Source: Synechococcus elongatus PCC 6301 (lineage in GTDB: Bacteria; Cyanobacteriota; Cyanobacteriia; Synechococcales; Synechococcaceae). From it: a DNA stretch of 32,000 nt. Below, piece after piece: positions 8,733 to 16,621 of the stretch. A model generated the notes under the pieces. It worked only from the letters and a program-made list of their open reading frames with translations, did not search any database and was not told where the DNA came from. Numbering within the stretch: the stretch's first letter is position 1; the number at the start of each line of letters is the position of its first letter. The translations under genes and the position numbers were made by a program. The stretch is from positions 1,890,001-1,922,000 of the forward strand of contig NC_006576.1 in the NCBI RefSeq assembly GCF_000010065.1, in the 5' to 3' direction.

Positions 8733-9434
8733 ATGGCGAAGCACTACCGCATTCATCCAGACAGCCCACAACCTCAGCAGATCGCCGCAATCGCTGAAGC
8801 CCTGCGTCAGGGGGCTGTCATTCTGTATCCAACCGATTCAGTCTACGCGATTGGTTGTGATGTCAAAGACCGTGCAGCGGTGCAACGGGTGCGCCGGATC
8901 AAGGAAATTGACAATGACAAGCCGCTGACCTTTATCTGTCCGTCTCTCTCCGTAGCCGCCCAATACGGCTGCATTAGCGATCGCGCTTTTCGCTTGATGC
9001 GCGAACTGGTGCCAGGGCCCTACACCTTTTTGCTGCCCGCGACGCCCGAGGTGCCGCGCGTGGTCATGAATCCCAAACGGCGGACCGCCGGTATTCGCAT
9101 TCCCAACAACCCCATCTGCCAAGCCCTCTTGCAGGCGCTGGAAGGCCCAATCATCTCGACCTCGGCACATCTACAGCCCAGCGATCGCAAAGCTCCCTTA
9201 GCTTACGAACAAGGCCCCCATTGCCCGATCGCCCCCGCTGAACTGTTTGGGGAGGTCGATCGCCTCGTCGACATCACCATCGAGGTCGAACGCCAGGAGA
9301 TGCGGATTCTCGGTGCCGATCCTGATTACCAAGTGTCAACTGTTCTCGACTTGACCGATGACTGGCCCTTGGTCCTGCGCCGAGGCTTGGGCTGGGAAGC
9401 CCTTGAACCGCTGGGTTTGCTGGTCGAAGCTTAG
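8733..9434 (+). CDS. tsaC: L-threonylcarbamoyladenylate synthase, YrdC/Sua5 family (t6A tRNA modification)
   Basis: YrdC-domain motifs present are ILYPTDSVYAIGCD, KPLTFICPS, PGPYTFLLPAT, GIRIPNNPI and PIISTSA. The start is ATG 8733; the track start at 8709 is a TTG. Confidence 0.8.
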   Translation: MAKHYRIHPDSPQPQQIAAIAEALRQGAVILYPTDSVYAIGCDVKDRAAVQRVRRIKEIDNDKPLTFICPSLSVAAQYGCISDRAFRLMRELVPGPYTFLLPATPEVPRVVMNPKRRTAGIRIPNNPICQALLQALEGPIISTSAHLQPSDRKAPLAYEQGPHCPIAPAELFGEVDRLVDITIEVERQEMRILGADPDYQVSTVLDLTDDWPLVLRRGLGWEALEPLGLLVEA

Positions 9435-9446
9435 GCCCCAGCCAGC

Positions 9447-10640
9447 CTAAACCCGACCTCGCAGCATCTGAGACATTTCATTGGGCTTGCCAGATTGCGC
9501 CAGTGCAGTCTCCTCACTAATTTTGCCTTCGTTAAAGAGACGGAATAGGGACTGATTGCTGGTGCACATGCCGTCAAAGGTACATTTAGGAATTAGTTGC
9601 TCAACTTCCTCAAGTTCGCCGCGAATAATGTAGTCCTTGATCGCGTCAGTGTTAATCAAAATTTCGTGATAGGCAGTCCGCTTGCCGTGAATCGTGCGGC
9701 AGAGACCTTGCGCAATCACAGACACGAGCGACTCGGCCAAGGCAACTCGAACAGGCGGTTGTTCAGCGGGTTCAAACATATTGAGTACCCGCTCAATTGT
9801 TTTGACAGCGCTGTTAGTGTGCAGAGTAGCCATCACGAGGTGGCCGGTTTGTGCAGCTTTGAGAGCGGTATTGATCGTTTCGCGATCGCGCAGCTCACCC
9901 ACCAAGATAATGTCAGGATCCTCACGCAAAGAGGCCCGTAGTGCTGCTTCAAATTGACGGGTATGAACGCCGACTTCCCGCTGCTTAATGAGCGATCGCT
10001 GACTTTGGTGAACAAATTCAATCGGGTCTTCGATGGTGATGATATTCTTCGCCATTTCCTGATTGATGAAATCAATCATGGCGGCCAGCGTGGTCGACTT
10101 GCCTGACCCTGTGGGGCCGGTGACCAGTACCAGTCCTTTGGGGTAGTAGCAGATGTCGCGGAAAACCGGCGGTAGGCTCAGCTCATCGAGGCTGAGAATG
10201 CGCAGCGGAATTAACCGCATCACCATCGAGGGACCTCGCAGCGACCCAAAGATGTTGATCCGTACCCGCGCAAAGTCGTACTGAGTTGCGCCGTCGAAGT
10301 CCAATCCCTGCTCAAATTCACGCACTTGCGCTTCGGTCAAAACCTCGCGCAGCCAGGCGTTAAAGGTAGCTGTGTCGGTGACTGGATAGGTTGTTTGCAC
10401 AATTTCACCGCGATCGCGAAAACGCGGCACTTCCCCCACGCCAAGGTGGACATCCGAGTAATCGTGCTCGTAGGCCTGCCGCACAATTTCGGCAAGGGTT
10501 GGCTGATTGGCCGATCGTTGGGGCACGGCTGCTGGGGTTGCCGGGGAAGCGCTGACCTGGGTGACGGGCATCGCAGACAGTCCACCTGCACCAAAGGGAG
10601 GGGGAGGCGGTGGGAGTGGCAGGCGCGAGGTATCAGTCAT
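9447..10640 (-). CDS. pilT: Type IV pilus retraction ATPase PilT family (PilT2-like, with Pro/Ala-rich N-terminal extension)
   Basis: It carries Walker A GPTGSGKSTT, Walker B/Asp box DPDIILVGELRD and His box TGHLVMATLHTN. There is no pilB, pilC or pilM-Q neighbour. The start is uncertain, with an internal Met at residue 24. Confidence 0.85.
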   Translation of the reverse strand: MTDTSRLPLPPPPPPFGAGGLSAMPVTQVSASPATPAAVPQRSANQPTLAEIVRQAYEHDYSDVHLGVGEVPRFRDRGEIVQTTYPVTDTATFNAWLREVLTEAQVREFEQGLDFDGATQYDFARVRINIFGSLRGPSMVMRLIPLRILSLDELSLPPVFRDICYYPKGLVLVTGPTGSGKSTTLAAMIDFINQEMAKNIITIEDPIEFVHQSQRSLIKQREVGVHTRQFEAALRASLREDPDIILVGELRDRETINTALKAAQTGHLVMATLHTNSAVKTIERVLNMFEPAEQPPVRVALAESLVSVIAQGLCRTIHGKRTAYHEILINTDAIKDYIIRGELEEVEQLIPKCTFDGMCTSNQSLFRLFNEGKISEETALAQSGKPNEMSQMLRGRV

Positions 10641-10714
10641 GCAGAAGAACCCGAAAGCCGGATAAAAGCAATCTATATCCAGCTTGCCCCAGTTAAATGC
10701 GACAGCTGACAGCT

Positions 10715-11794
10715 TCAGGGCAGCTTAGCGTCGGGCAGAATCAGCATGGCATCGCCAAAAGAATAGAAGCGATACTGTTCAGCGATCGCCGTTGCGTAGG
10801 CTGACAAGAGACGATCACGCCCGATCAAGGCACTAACCAACATCATCAGGCTCGAACGTGGCAGGTGGAAGTTCGTGATCAAGCCGTCGATGATCTGCCA
10901 GCGATAGCCCGGATAAATGAACAAGTTGACGCGATCGCTCCCTGGTTTGAGTTCACCCGAAGCAGCGGCTCCTTCAATCGCTCGCACGCTGGTGGTACCA
11001 ACTGCGATCACCCGGCCACCGGCCGCTTTGGTCGCCTGAATTTTCTCAACCGTAGCGGCTGGAACCATCATCCGCTCGCTATGCATCTCGTGCTGACGAA
11101 TGTCCTCCACATCGACTGAGCGAAAGGTCCCAATACCGACGTGCAGGGTCACGGGAGCCGTGGCGATCCCCATGTCTGCCAAGGTTGTCAGCAACTCAGG
11201 CGTAAAGTGGAGGCCTGCAGTCGGTGCGGCTACTGCTCCGAGTTCGCGACTGTAGACCGTTTGATAGCGTTCAGGATCGCTGGCGGTGGTGTGGATATAG
11301 GGCGGTAGTGGCATTTCCCCGAGGGTTGCCAGCTGAGACCAAAATGCTTCGGCTTCGCCCCGAAAACGTAACCAACGCCCGCCCGTGGCCGGATCGCTCG
11401 CTTCCACGTCAGCAACCAGGAGAGGATCCTCAGGATTCGGCCCAAAGGCGATCGCTGATCCGGGTTTGAGACGTTTGCCCGGCTTGACGAGGGTGAGCCA
11501 ATAGCCGGGTCCGTGTTCCTCGACTAGCAGCACTTCAACGGGCACGCCGGTCTCGATTTTTTGGCCGTAGAGTCGAGCAGGGATAACCCGCGTGTCATTG
11601 ACGATCAACAAGTCTCCCGGGCGCAGAAGTTGCGGCAGATCGTAAAAATGCCGATGCCATAGTTGCTCGCGATCGGGAAAGACCGATAGGCGGGCATGGT
11701 CCCGAGGCTCCACGGCACTCTGGGCAATCCGGTCCGGTGGTAGCTCGTAGTCGTAGGCATCTAGATGCCAATCGGAGGGAGAAGGCTCGTTCAC
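10715..11794 (-). CDS. queA: S-adenosylmethionine:tRNA ribosyltransferase-isomerase (queuosine biosynthesis)
   Basis: It is full length at 359 aa. QueA hallmarks present are YDYELPPDRIAQ, LLIVNDTRVIPARL, GTTSVRAIE and FYSFGDAMLI. Confidence 0.92.
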   Translation of the reverse strand: MNEPSPSDWHLDAYDYELPPDRIAQSAVEPRDHARLSVFPDREQLWHRHFYDLPQLLRPGDLLIVNDTRVIPARLYGQKIETGVPVEVLLVEEHGPGYWLTLVKPGKRLKPGSAIAFGPNPEDPLLVADVEASDPATGGRWLRFRGEAEAFWSQLATLGEMPLPPYIHTTASDPERYQTVYSRELGAVAAPTAGLHFTPELLTTLADMGIATAPVTLHVGIGTFRSVDVEDIRQHEMHSERMMVPAATVEKIQATKAAGGRVIAVGTTSVRAIEGAAASGELKPGSDRVNLFIYPGYRWQIIDGLITNFHLPRSSLMMLVSALIGRDRLLSAYATAIAEQYRFYSFGDAMLILPDAKLP

Positions 11795-11839
11795 AGACAG
11801 CAGCTCGAAGGGGTGACGTTAAGACAGCGAATCCAAGCA

Positions 11840-12889
11840 ATGAGCGATTGCAATCGCGATCCCGTGTCTCAGATAACAGATCTGAGTGGTGCGCTCGTTA
11901 CAATCGTGCCATCGCTGCTGGCCTGCGTTGGTATGGTGTTTGCTTCTAACTTGACCGATGTGACCGCCGAGGCCCTGCTCTACGACTACCGTGAAGCGGC
12001 CAATCCCCTGGGGCAGCGCCTGATTGCGCGGGTTCCCTATCAAGACTGGGGTGCAGAGCTGCACCAAACTCCAGAGACGGCAATCATTCCGCTCGACCTT
12101 AGCGAAGCCTTGGGTTGCGAAGGGCCAGCAACCTCGCCCTCCCTGCTGGCGAACTTCGTCCATATCTTGCCGAATCAGGCGATTGAAACCACCGCGATCG
12201 CCACCAGCCAGATCTTTTATGTGTTGCGCGGACAAGGCGTGACCCGCGTTGCCGATCAGGAAATTGCTTGGACGGAAGGCTGCTGCTTAGCGTTGCCCGC
12301 CGATGCGATCGCCACCCACTACGCCCAGACAGACAGTGCCTTTTACTGGGTGCATGATGCGCCGCTCCTGCGCTACCTCGGTGTCAAGCCCGATCGCGCC
12401 CGCTTCCAACCCACCCTCTACCGCCGTCAAGATCTTGAGGCAACTCTGGCGGCGATCGCAGCCGATCCCCAATCCAGAAAGGCGAATCGCCTCAGTGTGT
12501 TGCTGGCCAACCAAAACTTTCCCCAGACGCGAACGATCACCCACACAATTTGGGCAATGTTTGGGTTGCTGCCACCCGATGTGGTGCAAGCCCCCCACCG
12601 CCATCAATCCGTGGCGCTGGACTTGATTCTGGATTGTCAGCCCGGTTGCTACACCCTGGTGGGAACCCAGCTAGATGAGCGTGGGCAAATTCGCAATCCG
12701 GTGCGGGTCGATTGGCGACCTTACTCCGTGTTTGTGACTCCGCCGGGCTACTGGCATGCCCACTACAACGAGTCAGGGCAGGAGGCTCATCTGCTGCCGA
12801 TTCAAGATGCGGGCCTGCACACCTATCTGCGGACCCTTGACATTTTGTTTGCCCGTCACAACGGCCAGATCTCGGACGAGGCGGCTTAG
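11840..12889 (+). CDS. Bicupin protein, gentisate-1,2-dioxygenase-like; function unknown
   Basis: There are two cupin barrels. The C-terminal one carries HRHQSVA (HxH) and PPGYWHAHYN, which matches cupin motif 2 (PxGxxHxxxN). The N-terminal barrel lacks the His ligands. The start is assumed at ATG 11840, since the track start at 11765 overlaps the queA start. Confidence 0.5.
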   Translation: MSDCNRDPVSQITDLSGALVTIVPSLLACVGMVFASNLTDVTAEALLYDYREAANPLGQRLIARVPYQDWGAELHQTPETAIIPLDLSEALGCEGPATSPSLLANFVHILPNQAIETTAIATSQIFYVLRGQGVTRVADQEIAWTEGCCLALPADAIATHYAQTDSAFYWVHDAPLLRYLGVKPDRARFQPTLYRRQDLEATLAAIAADPQSRKANRLSVLLANQNFPQTRTITHTIWAMFGLLPPDVVQAPHRHQSVALDLILDCQPGCYTLVGTQLDERGQIRNPVRVDWRPYSVFVTPPGYWHAHYNESGQEAHLLPIQDAGLHTYLRTLDILFARHNGQISDEAA

Positions 12890-13686
12890 GCTAGCAGTGC
12901 TTGAATGTGATCGCTGGTCAGGGCTTCCACACCCTCGATAACGCAGTCTGCGCCCGCTTCTGTCAGCTGTTGGGCATAGCGATCGCGATCGCTGGCAGTC
13001 TCTAGATGCGGGGGCAAAACACCGACGGCATACCAAGGGCGATCGCTTGCTTCGTAGCGGGCACGCCGCACCGTCAAAATATCAGCGACCGTGTCGCCGG
13101 CGTAGATGGCAGGCAGGTGGGGATTGGTTGCGAGCTGCTGGGCGGCTGTGATCAAGCCGGTCGGGTTGGGTTTATCCGGTGCATCGCCCATGGCAATCAG
13201 CACGGTGGGTGTAATGCCCAGGCGTTGTTCCAGTACAAAGCGGGCGGAAGCGGGGGTTGCTCCACTGAAAAAGCCCCAAGCAATTCCAGCGCGACTCAAG
13301 GACTGCAGATAATCAGCAGACATCAGCAAGGGTTCATCGCAGATGTAGCCATCCCATGCGGCTGGCCTATCTGGCTGCTTGCCTCGGTAGCGCACTTGAA
13401 AAAAGGCGACGATCGTCTCGTAGTCCAAGGCGAGGGTGTTGCGATCGCGTCCCTGACTTTCGTAGTAGCGATAGATCAATTCCTCGGAGGCTTTCCAGTC
13501 GTTGTTCCAACTGCCTTCGCCCTTGAGGCGATCGATATCCGCTGGAGTAGGGCGGTACCCTCCATCCGTGAAATGCTCGACCGTGTCGGCCAACGCCCGC
13601 CGATAGGAACGGCTGACATCGCGCACGACGCCGTCAATATCAAACACCGCGATCGCCCAAGGCTGTGTCACAGTACTGCTCTCCAT
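12886..13686 (-). CDS. HAD-superfamily hydrolase (subfamily IA-like phosphatase)
   Basis: Motif I is AVFDIDGVVRDV (DxDG), and a later GDTVADI-type motif IV is present. Its 3' end overlaps the convergent cupin gene by 4 nt. Confidence 0.75.
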   Translation of the reverse strand: MESSTVTQPWAIAVFDIDGVVRDVSRSYRRALADTVEHFTDGGYRPTPADIDRLKGEGSWNNDWKASEELIYRYYESQGRDRNTLALDYETIVAFFQVRYRGKQPDRPAAWDGYICDEPLLMSADYLQSLSRAGIAWGFFSGATPASARFVLEQRLGITPTVLIAMGDAPDKPNPTGLITAAQQLATNPHLPAIYAGDTVADILTVRRARYEASDRPWYAVGVLPPHLETASDRDRYAQQLTEAGADCVIEGVEALTSDHIQALLA

Positions 13687-14139
13687 CCGTTTCTCTATGG
13701 TGCGCGATCGCGTGGTGGACTCTTGTCACTGACCTGGACAGCCGCGCTCTTTTTGATAGGATAAAAGACGGCCCATTGGCTCTTAGGTGTCAAAGTGAGC
13801 CGATCTGGGGAATGCCCAGTCACCTTGTGAGTTCAGTCTCGGGTTTATTGCCGGTCAGCACGTCTGCTCAGCAATACCCCATCGCTGCCAACGGTGAACA
13901 ACAAGGATTCCCGATCCTTGCCTGGCGATCCATTCCCTGGCCCATGGGCAACGGGTAGTTGTCAATCCCTGCTGTCGCCTCGCTTCAGGCAGAACTGAGT
14001 TCACTCCGTTGCTGCTGAACTGGCTCTAGTAGGACCCGACTCGGAAAACTCTGAGTCAATGCTGCACCCTGATCAGGATTGATCCGGTGCAAGCTCTAAG
14101 GTGATAGGTACGTCAGCCAAGCATGGCTGGGAGGTCGGA

Positions 14140-14439
14140 TTGTCCAGGTTTACGATCAAAATTCTTTGGCTGAACGAAAACGTTGCGATCGCAGTTGATC
14201 AAGTCGTTGGTAAAGCAACCAGCCCGTTGACGGCCTACTATTTTTGGCCGCGCCATGATGCTTGGGAACAGCTGAAAACCGAGCTCGAAAGCAAGAGCTG
14301 GATCACGGAAGCAGAACGGGTTGAACTGCTCAACCAAGCAACCGAAGTGATCAACTACTGGCAAGAAGAAGGGAAAGGCAAGCCGTTGGCTCAAGCTCAG
14401 GCACGCTTCCCAGAACTCGTCTTCACCGGCAGCAATTAG
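14140..14439 (+). CDS. ycf65: Ycf65 / plastid-specific ribosomal protein 3 (PSRP-3) homologue
   Basis: It closely matches the PSRP-3 core pattern: [62 protein letters not shown] set the start at TTG 14140, 5 nt after GGGAGG, which gives the family-typical MSRFTIK.. N-terminus of 99 aa. Confidence 0.85.
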   Translation: MSRFTIKILWLNENVAIAVDQVVGKATSPLTAYYFWPRHDAWEQLKTELESKSWITEAERVELLNQATEVINYWQEEGKGKPLAQAQARFPELVFTGSN

Positions 14440-14465
14440 TCAGCGCGCTCGCTGTAATGAATTGA

Positions 14466-14499
14466 AAGGGTCCTGGATCGCTGATTCAGGACCCTTTTT
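14466..14499. terminator. Hairpin terminator between the convergent ycf65 and coiled-coil/HEAT genes
   Basis: AAGGGTCCTG - 11 nt - CAGGACCCTT is followed by TTT on the + strand, with an A-rich stretch on the other side. The right arm contains the stop codon of the minus-strand gene. Confidence 0.6.
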
Positions 14500-15529
14500 G
14501 CTGGAAGCGATCGCAGAGAAGATGATCTAGCCGCTGGATCTCTGGCTTGAGAAATCCAGCGGTGGTTGCCATAGCCTCTAGCGGGCAGACCGTTGCGATC
14601 GCACGTTTCTTTTTCGTGGCTTTTGCTTTGCGCAGGGCACCACGGAAAGGCGTGAGTCCGGCATTAGCCGCTTTGACCACAGCCGGATCGGTATCCCGGA
14701 GAGCTTGGCGCAGCAGGGGCAGAACCTTGGGCGATCGCCAGTCACTCAGGGATTCAACAACCGCGAGACGAACGGCTGCACTGGGATCCCGCCCCAATTC
14801 AGTTAGGACCCGCAGAATGGGTGCAGTCTGTTGAGGCGAACTGCTGCTGGCGATCGTTCCGAGCGCAAGAGCCGTATTAGCGCGGGTTTGTTCATCGCGA
14901 TCGCGGGCTTGTTGGAGGATGTCCTCCAGAGCGACGCCAGTCGTGCTGGGTAAGATGGTGCTTCCCAAGTCCAGGGGAAGTGCAACGGCGGCAGGGGGCT
15001 CCGCAATCGCGGCGGTTCCGGGGGGCTCAATCTCAGCCGACTGGTGCTGGACTGGCACTTCCGGCTGCAGTGCTTGTGTCAAGCGTTGCTCAAGATTGTG
15101 GGTGCATTGCTGCAGGGCAAGAATTTGCTCGCGCTGTTGGCTGATCTGCGTCTCAAGGCTGTGAGCGGTGGCGCTATGGCGGGCGAGTTCCGCTTGGCGA
15201 TCGCTCTCCACTGTGGCCAAGCTAGTCTGCAGGCTGCTGATCTGAGCTTCCAGCTCCCGCTTTTGGGCTTCAAGGCTGCCAAGATTCGAGTGAGCGGTGG
15301 CGAGCGTGGCTTGTAGGCTACTGATTTGTGCTTCTAGGGAGCTGACCGCAGCGTGATGACGCCGGCCTTGATCGTTCAGTTCATCAGTGAGTCGCTGATC
15401 TTGGCGTTGCAGATCTTGCGTGAGGCGTTGCTTGCTCTGTTCAGCTTGCTGGAGCCGAGGCCAGAGAATTGCCGTAGCTCCGCCAGCACCAACGACTAGC
15501 CCAACAACAACACCTGCGATCGCACTCAT
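14486..15529 (-). CDS. Membrane-anchored coiled-coil protein with C-terminal HEAT/PBS-lyase-like repeats; uncharacterised
   Basis: An N-terminal TM helix (MSAIAGVVVGLVVGAGGATAILW) is followed by a Q/L/E-rich coiled coil with internal repeats (LEAQISSLQ twice, LETQISQQ). Then come a Pro/Ala linker and HEAT-like repeats (RDPSAAVRLAVVESLSDWRSPKVLPLLRQALRDTDPAVVKAANAGL). Confidence 0.6.
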   Translation of the reverse strand: MSAIAGVVVGLVVGAGGATAILWPRLQQAEQSKQRLTQDLQRQDQRLTDELNDQGRRHHAAVSSLEAQISSLQATLATAHSNLGSLEAQKRELEAQISSLQTSLATVESDRQAELARHSATAHSLETQISQQREQILALQQCTHNLEQRLTQALQPEVPVQHQSAEIEPPGTAAIAEPPAAVALPLDLGSTILPSTTGVALEDILQQARDRDEQTRANTALALGTIASSSSPQQTAPILRVLTELGRDPSAAVRLAVVESLSDWRSPKVLPLLRQALRDTDPAVVKAANAGLTPFRGALRKAKATKKKRAIATVCPLEAMATTAGFLKPEIQRLDHLLCDRFQQKGS

Positions 15530-15888
15530 CAGCGCAGCCTCTTCTCTGACATCTAAGGATCTGACCCAATTATGCGACTTGGTCGATTGCGGACAAAAGA
15601 CTGTAGTGCTTAGGGGGTCTCCGCTGGTGCTATGGCATGCCCCGGCGATCGCACAAACTGGGTTCTACAAGGCGGTTTGCTGAGCCCAATTCCAGCGACT
15701 CAACGAGATGCAAAACAGTCCTGATCCTGTAGACAAGGCATAAATTTTTGCAACAAGATCAGCCCTCAATCGGGGGGATTCAATGAACTTTTATAACGGC
15801 AGTCCAAGTGGCTGCGATCGCGTAGCAGCAGCACTTCTACAATACTTGCGGCTCTTTCTGCCTGATTGGTTCTCTACAGGAGATTGCA

Positions 15889-16005
15889 ATGTCTGGTGAC
15901 TTTGCTGCTGCCTTCTTGCCGACCATTTTTGTGCCGCTCGTGGGTTTGGGTTTACCTGCAGTCCTCATGAGCTTGCTCTTCACTTACATTGAGTCGGAAG
16001 CCTAG
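15889..16005 (+). CDS. psaI: Photosystem I reaction centre subunit VIII (PsaI)
   Basis: At 38 aa it is below the ORF-track cutoff. My translation is MSGDFAAAFLPTIFVPLVGLGLPAVLMSLLFTYIESEA, which matches the PsaI pattern (..A..LP.I.VP.V....P...M.LLF.YIE.E). GGAG lies 7 nt upstream of the ATG. Confidence 0.9.
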   Translation: MSGDFAAAFLPTIFVPLVGLGLPAVLMSLLFTYIESEA

Positions 16006-16050
16006 AGGCTCTGGCTATCACTGCACTATTGTCCTATTCGGAGTTCTGCA

Positions 16051-16550
16051 ATGGCCCAAGACGTGATTGCAAATGGTGGCACGCCTGAGATTGGCGACCT
16101 AGCGACGCCGACCAACTCTTCCCCGTTTACCCGCACCTTTATCAACGCGCTGCCGATCTATCGTCGCGGCCTTAGCTCAACCGCCGCGGTCTGGAAATCG
16201 GTATGGCTCATGGCTTCTTGCTCTACGGGCCGCTCAGCATTTTGGGCCCTCTGCGCAATACCGAAACGGCAGGTTCTGCTGGCCTGTTGGCAACTGTTGG
16301 CTTGGTGGTGATTTTGACGGTGTGCCTGTCGCTCTACGGCAATGCCGGATCGGGCCCTTCAGCGGCTGAAAGCACCGTGACCACTCCGAATCCGCCCCAA
16401 GAACTGTTCACCAAAGAGGGCTGGAGCGAGTTCACCAGCGGTTTCATCCTCGGTGGCTTGGGCGGCGCTTTCTTCGCCTTCTACCTGGCTTCGACCCCCT
16501 ACGTGCAACCTCTGGTCAAAATCGCCGCTGGCGTTTGGTCGGTGCACTAA
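16051..16550 (+). pseudogene. psaL: Photosystem I subunit XI (PsaL) interrupted by an apparent 1-nt frameshift near 16176-16181
   Basis: Track ORF 16051..16311 gives the PsaL N-terminus (..LATPTNSSPFTRTFINALPIYRRGLS) and then nonsense. Track ORF 16203..16550, extended upstream to 16179, gives NRRGLEIGMAHGFLLYGPLSILGPLRNTE... through the C-terminus. The span is 500 nt, so one extra base would restore a 166-aa ORF. Confidence 0.8.
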
Positions 16551-16592
16551 GTCCGATCTGATTAATTCCACCTCGTTCCTTACAAGATGCAG

Positions 16593-16621
16593 CGAGTCCT
16601 CATTTGGGGGCTCGTTTTTTT
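16593..16621 (+). terminator. Rho-independent terminator of psaI-psaL
   Basis: CGAGTCC - 8 nt loop - GGGCTCG forms a 7-bp stem with one G-U pair, followed by seven T residues (16615-16621). It lies 43 nt after the psaL stop. Confidence 0.65.

Noticed and set aside
9447-10640. The PilT ATPase as a marker of a pilus, secretion or competence island.
   Set aside because: It is a lone gene flanked by tsaC and queA, with no pilB/C/M-Q, pilin or secretin genes in the window. It is consistent with the known orphan PilT2-type paralogue.
13665-13958. A 97-aa + strand ORF in the long HAD/ycf65 spacer.
   Set aside because: It starts inside the HAD gene on the opposite strand, has no SD and has a Trp/Ser/Pro-rich odd composition. 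I treat the region as non-coding, as described in the finding.
15530-15888. Promoter and HLR1 (RpaB) elements upstream of psaI. A TACAAT hexamer at about 15838 could be a -10 box.
   Set aside because: There is no acceptable -35 at 17 bp spacing and no TTACA-type direct repeat in the region. I cannot place a promoter without TSS data.
16171-16185. Programmed ribosomal frameshifting as the explanation for the split psaL.
   Set aside because: There is no slippery heptamer (the context is c-tca-acc), no obvious downstream pseudoknot and no precedent for psaL. A mutation or sequencing indel is the simpler explanation.
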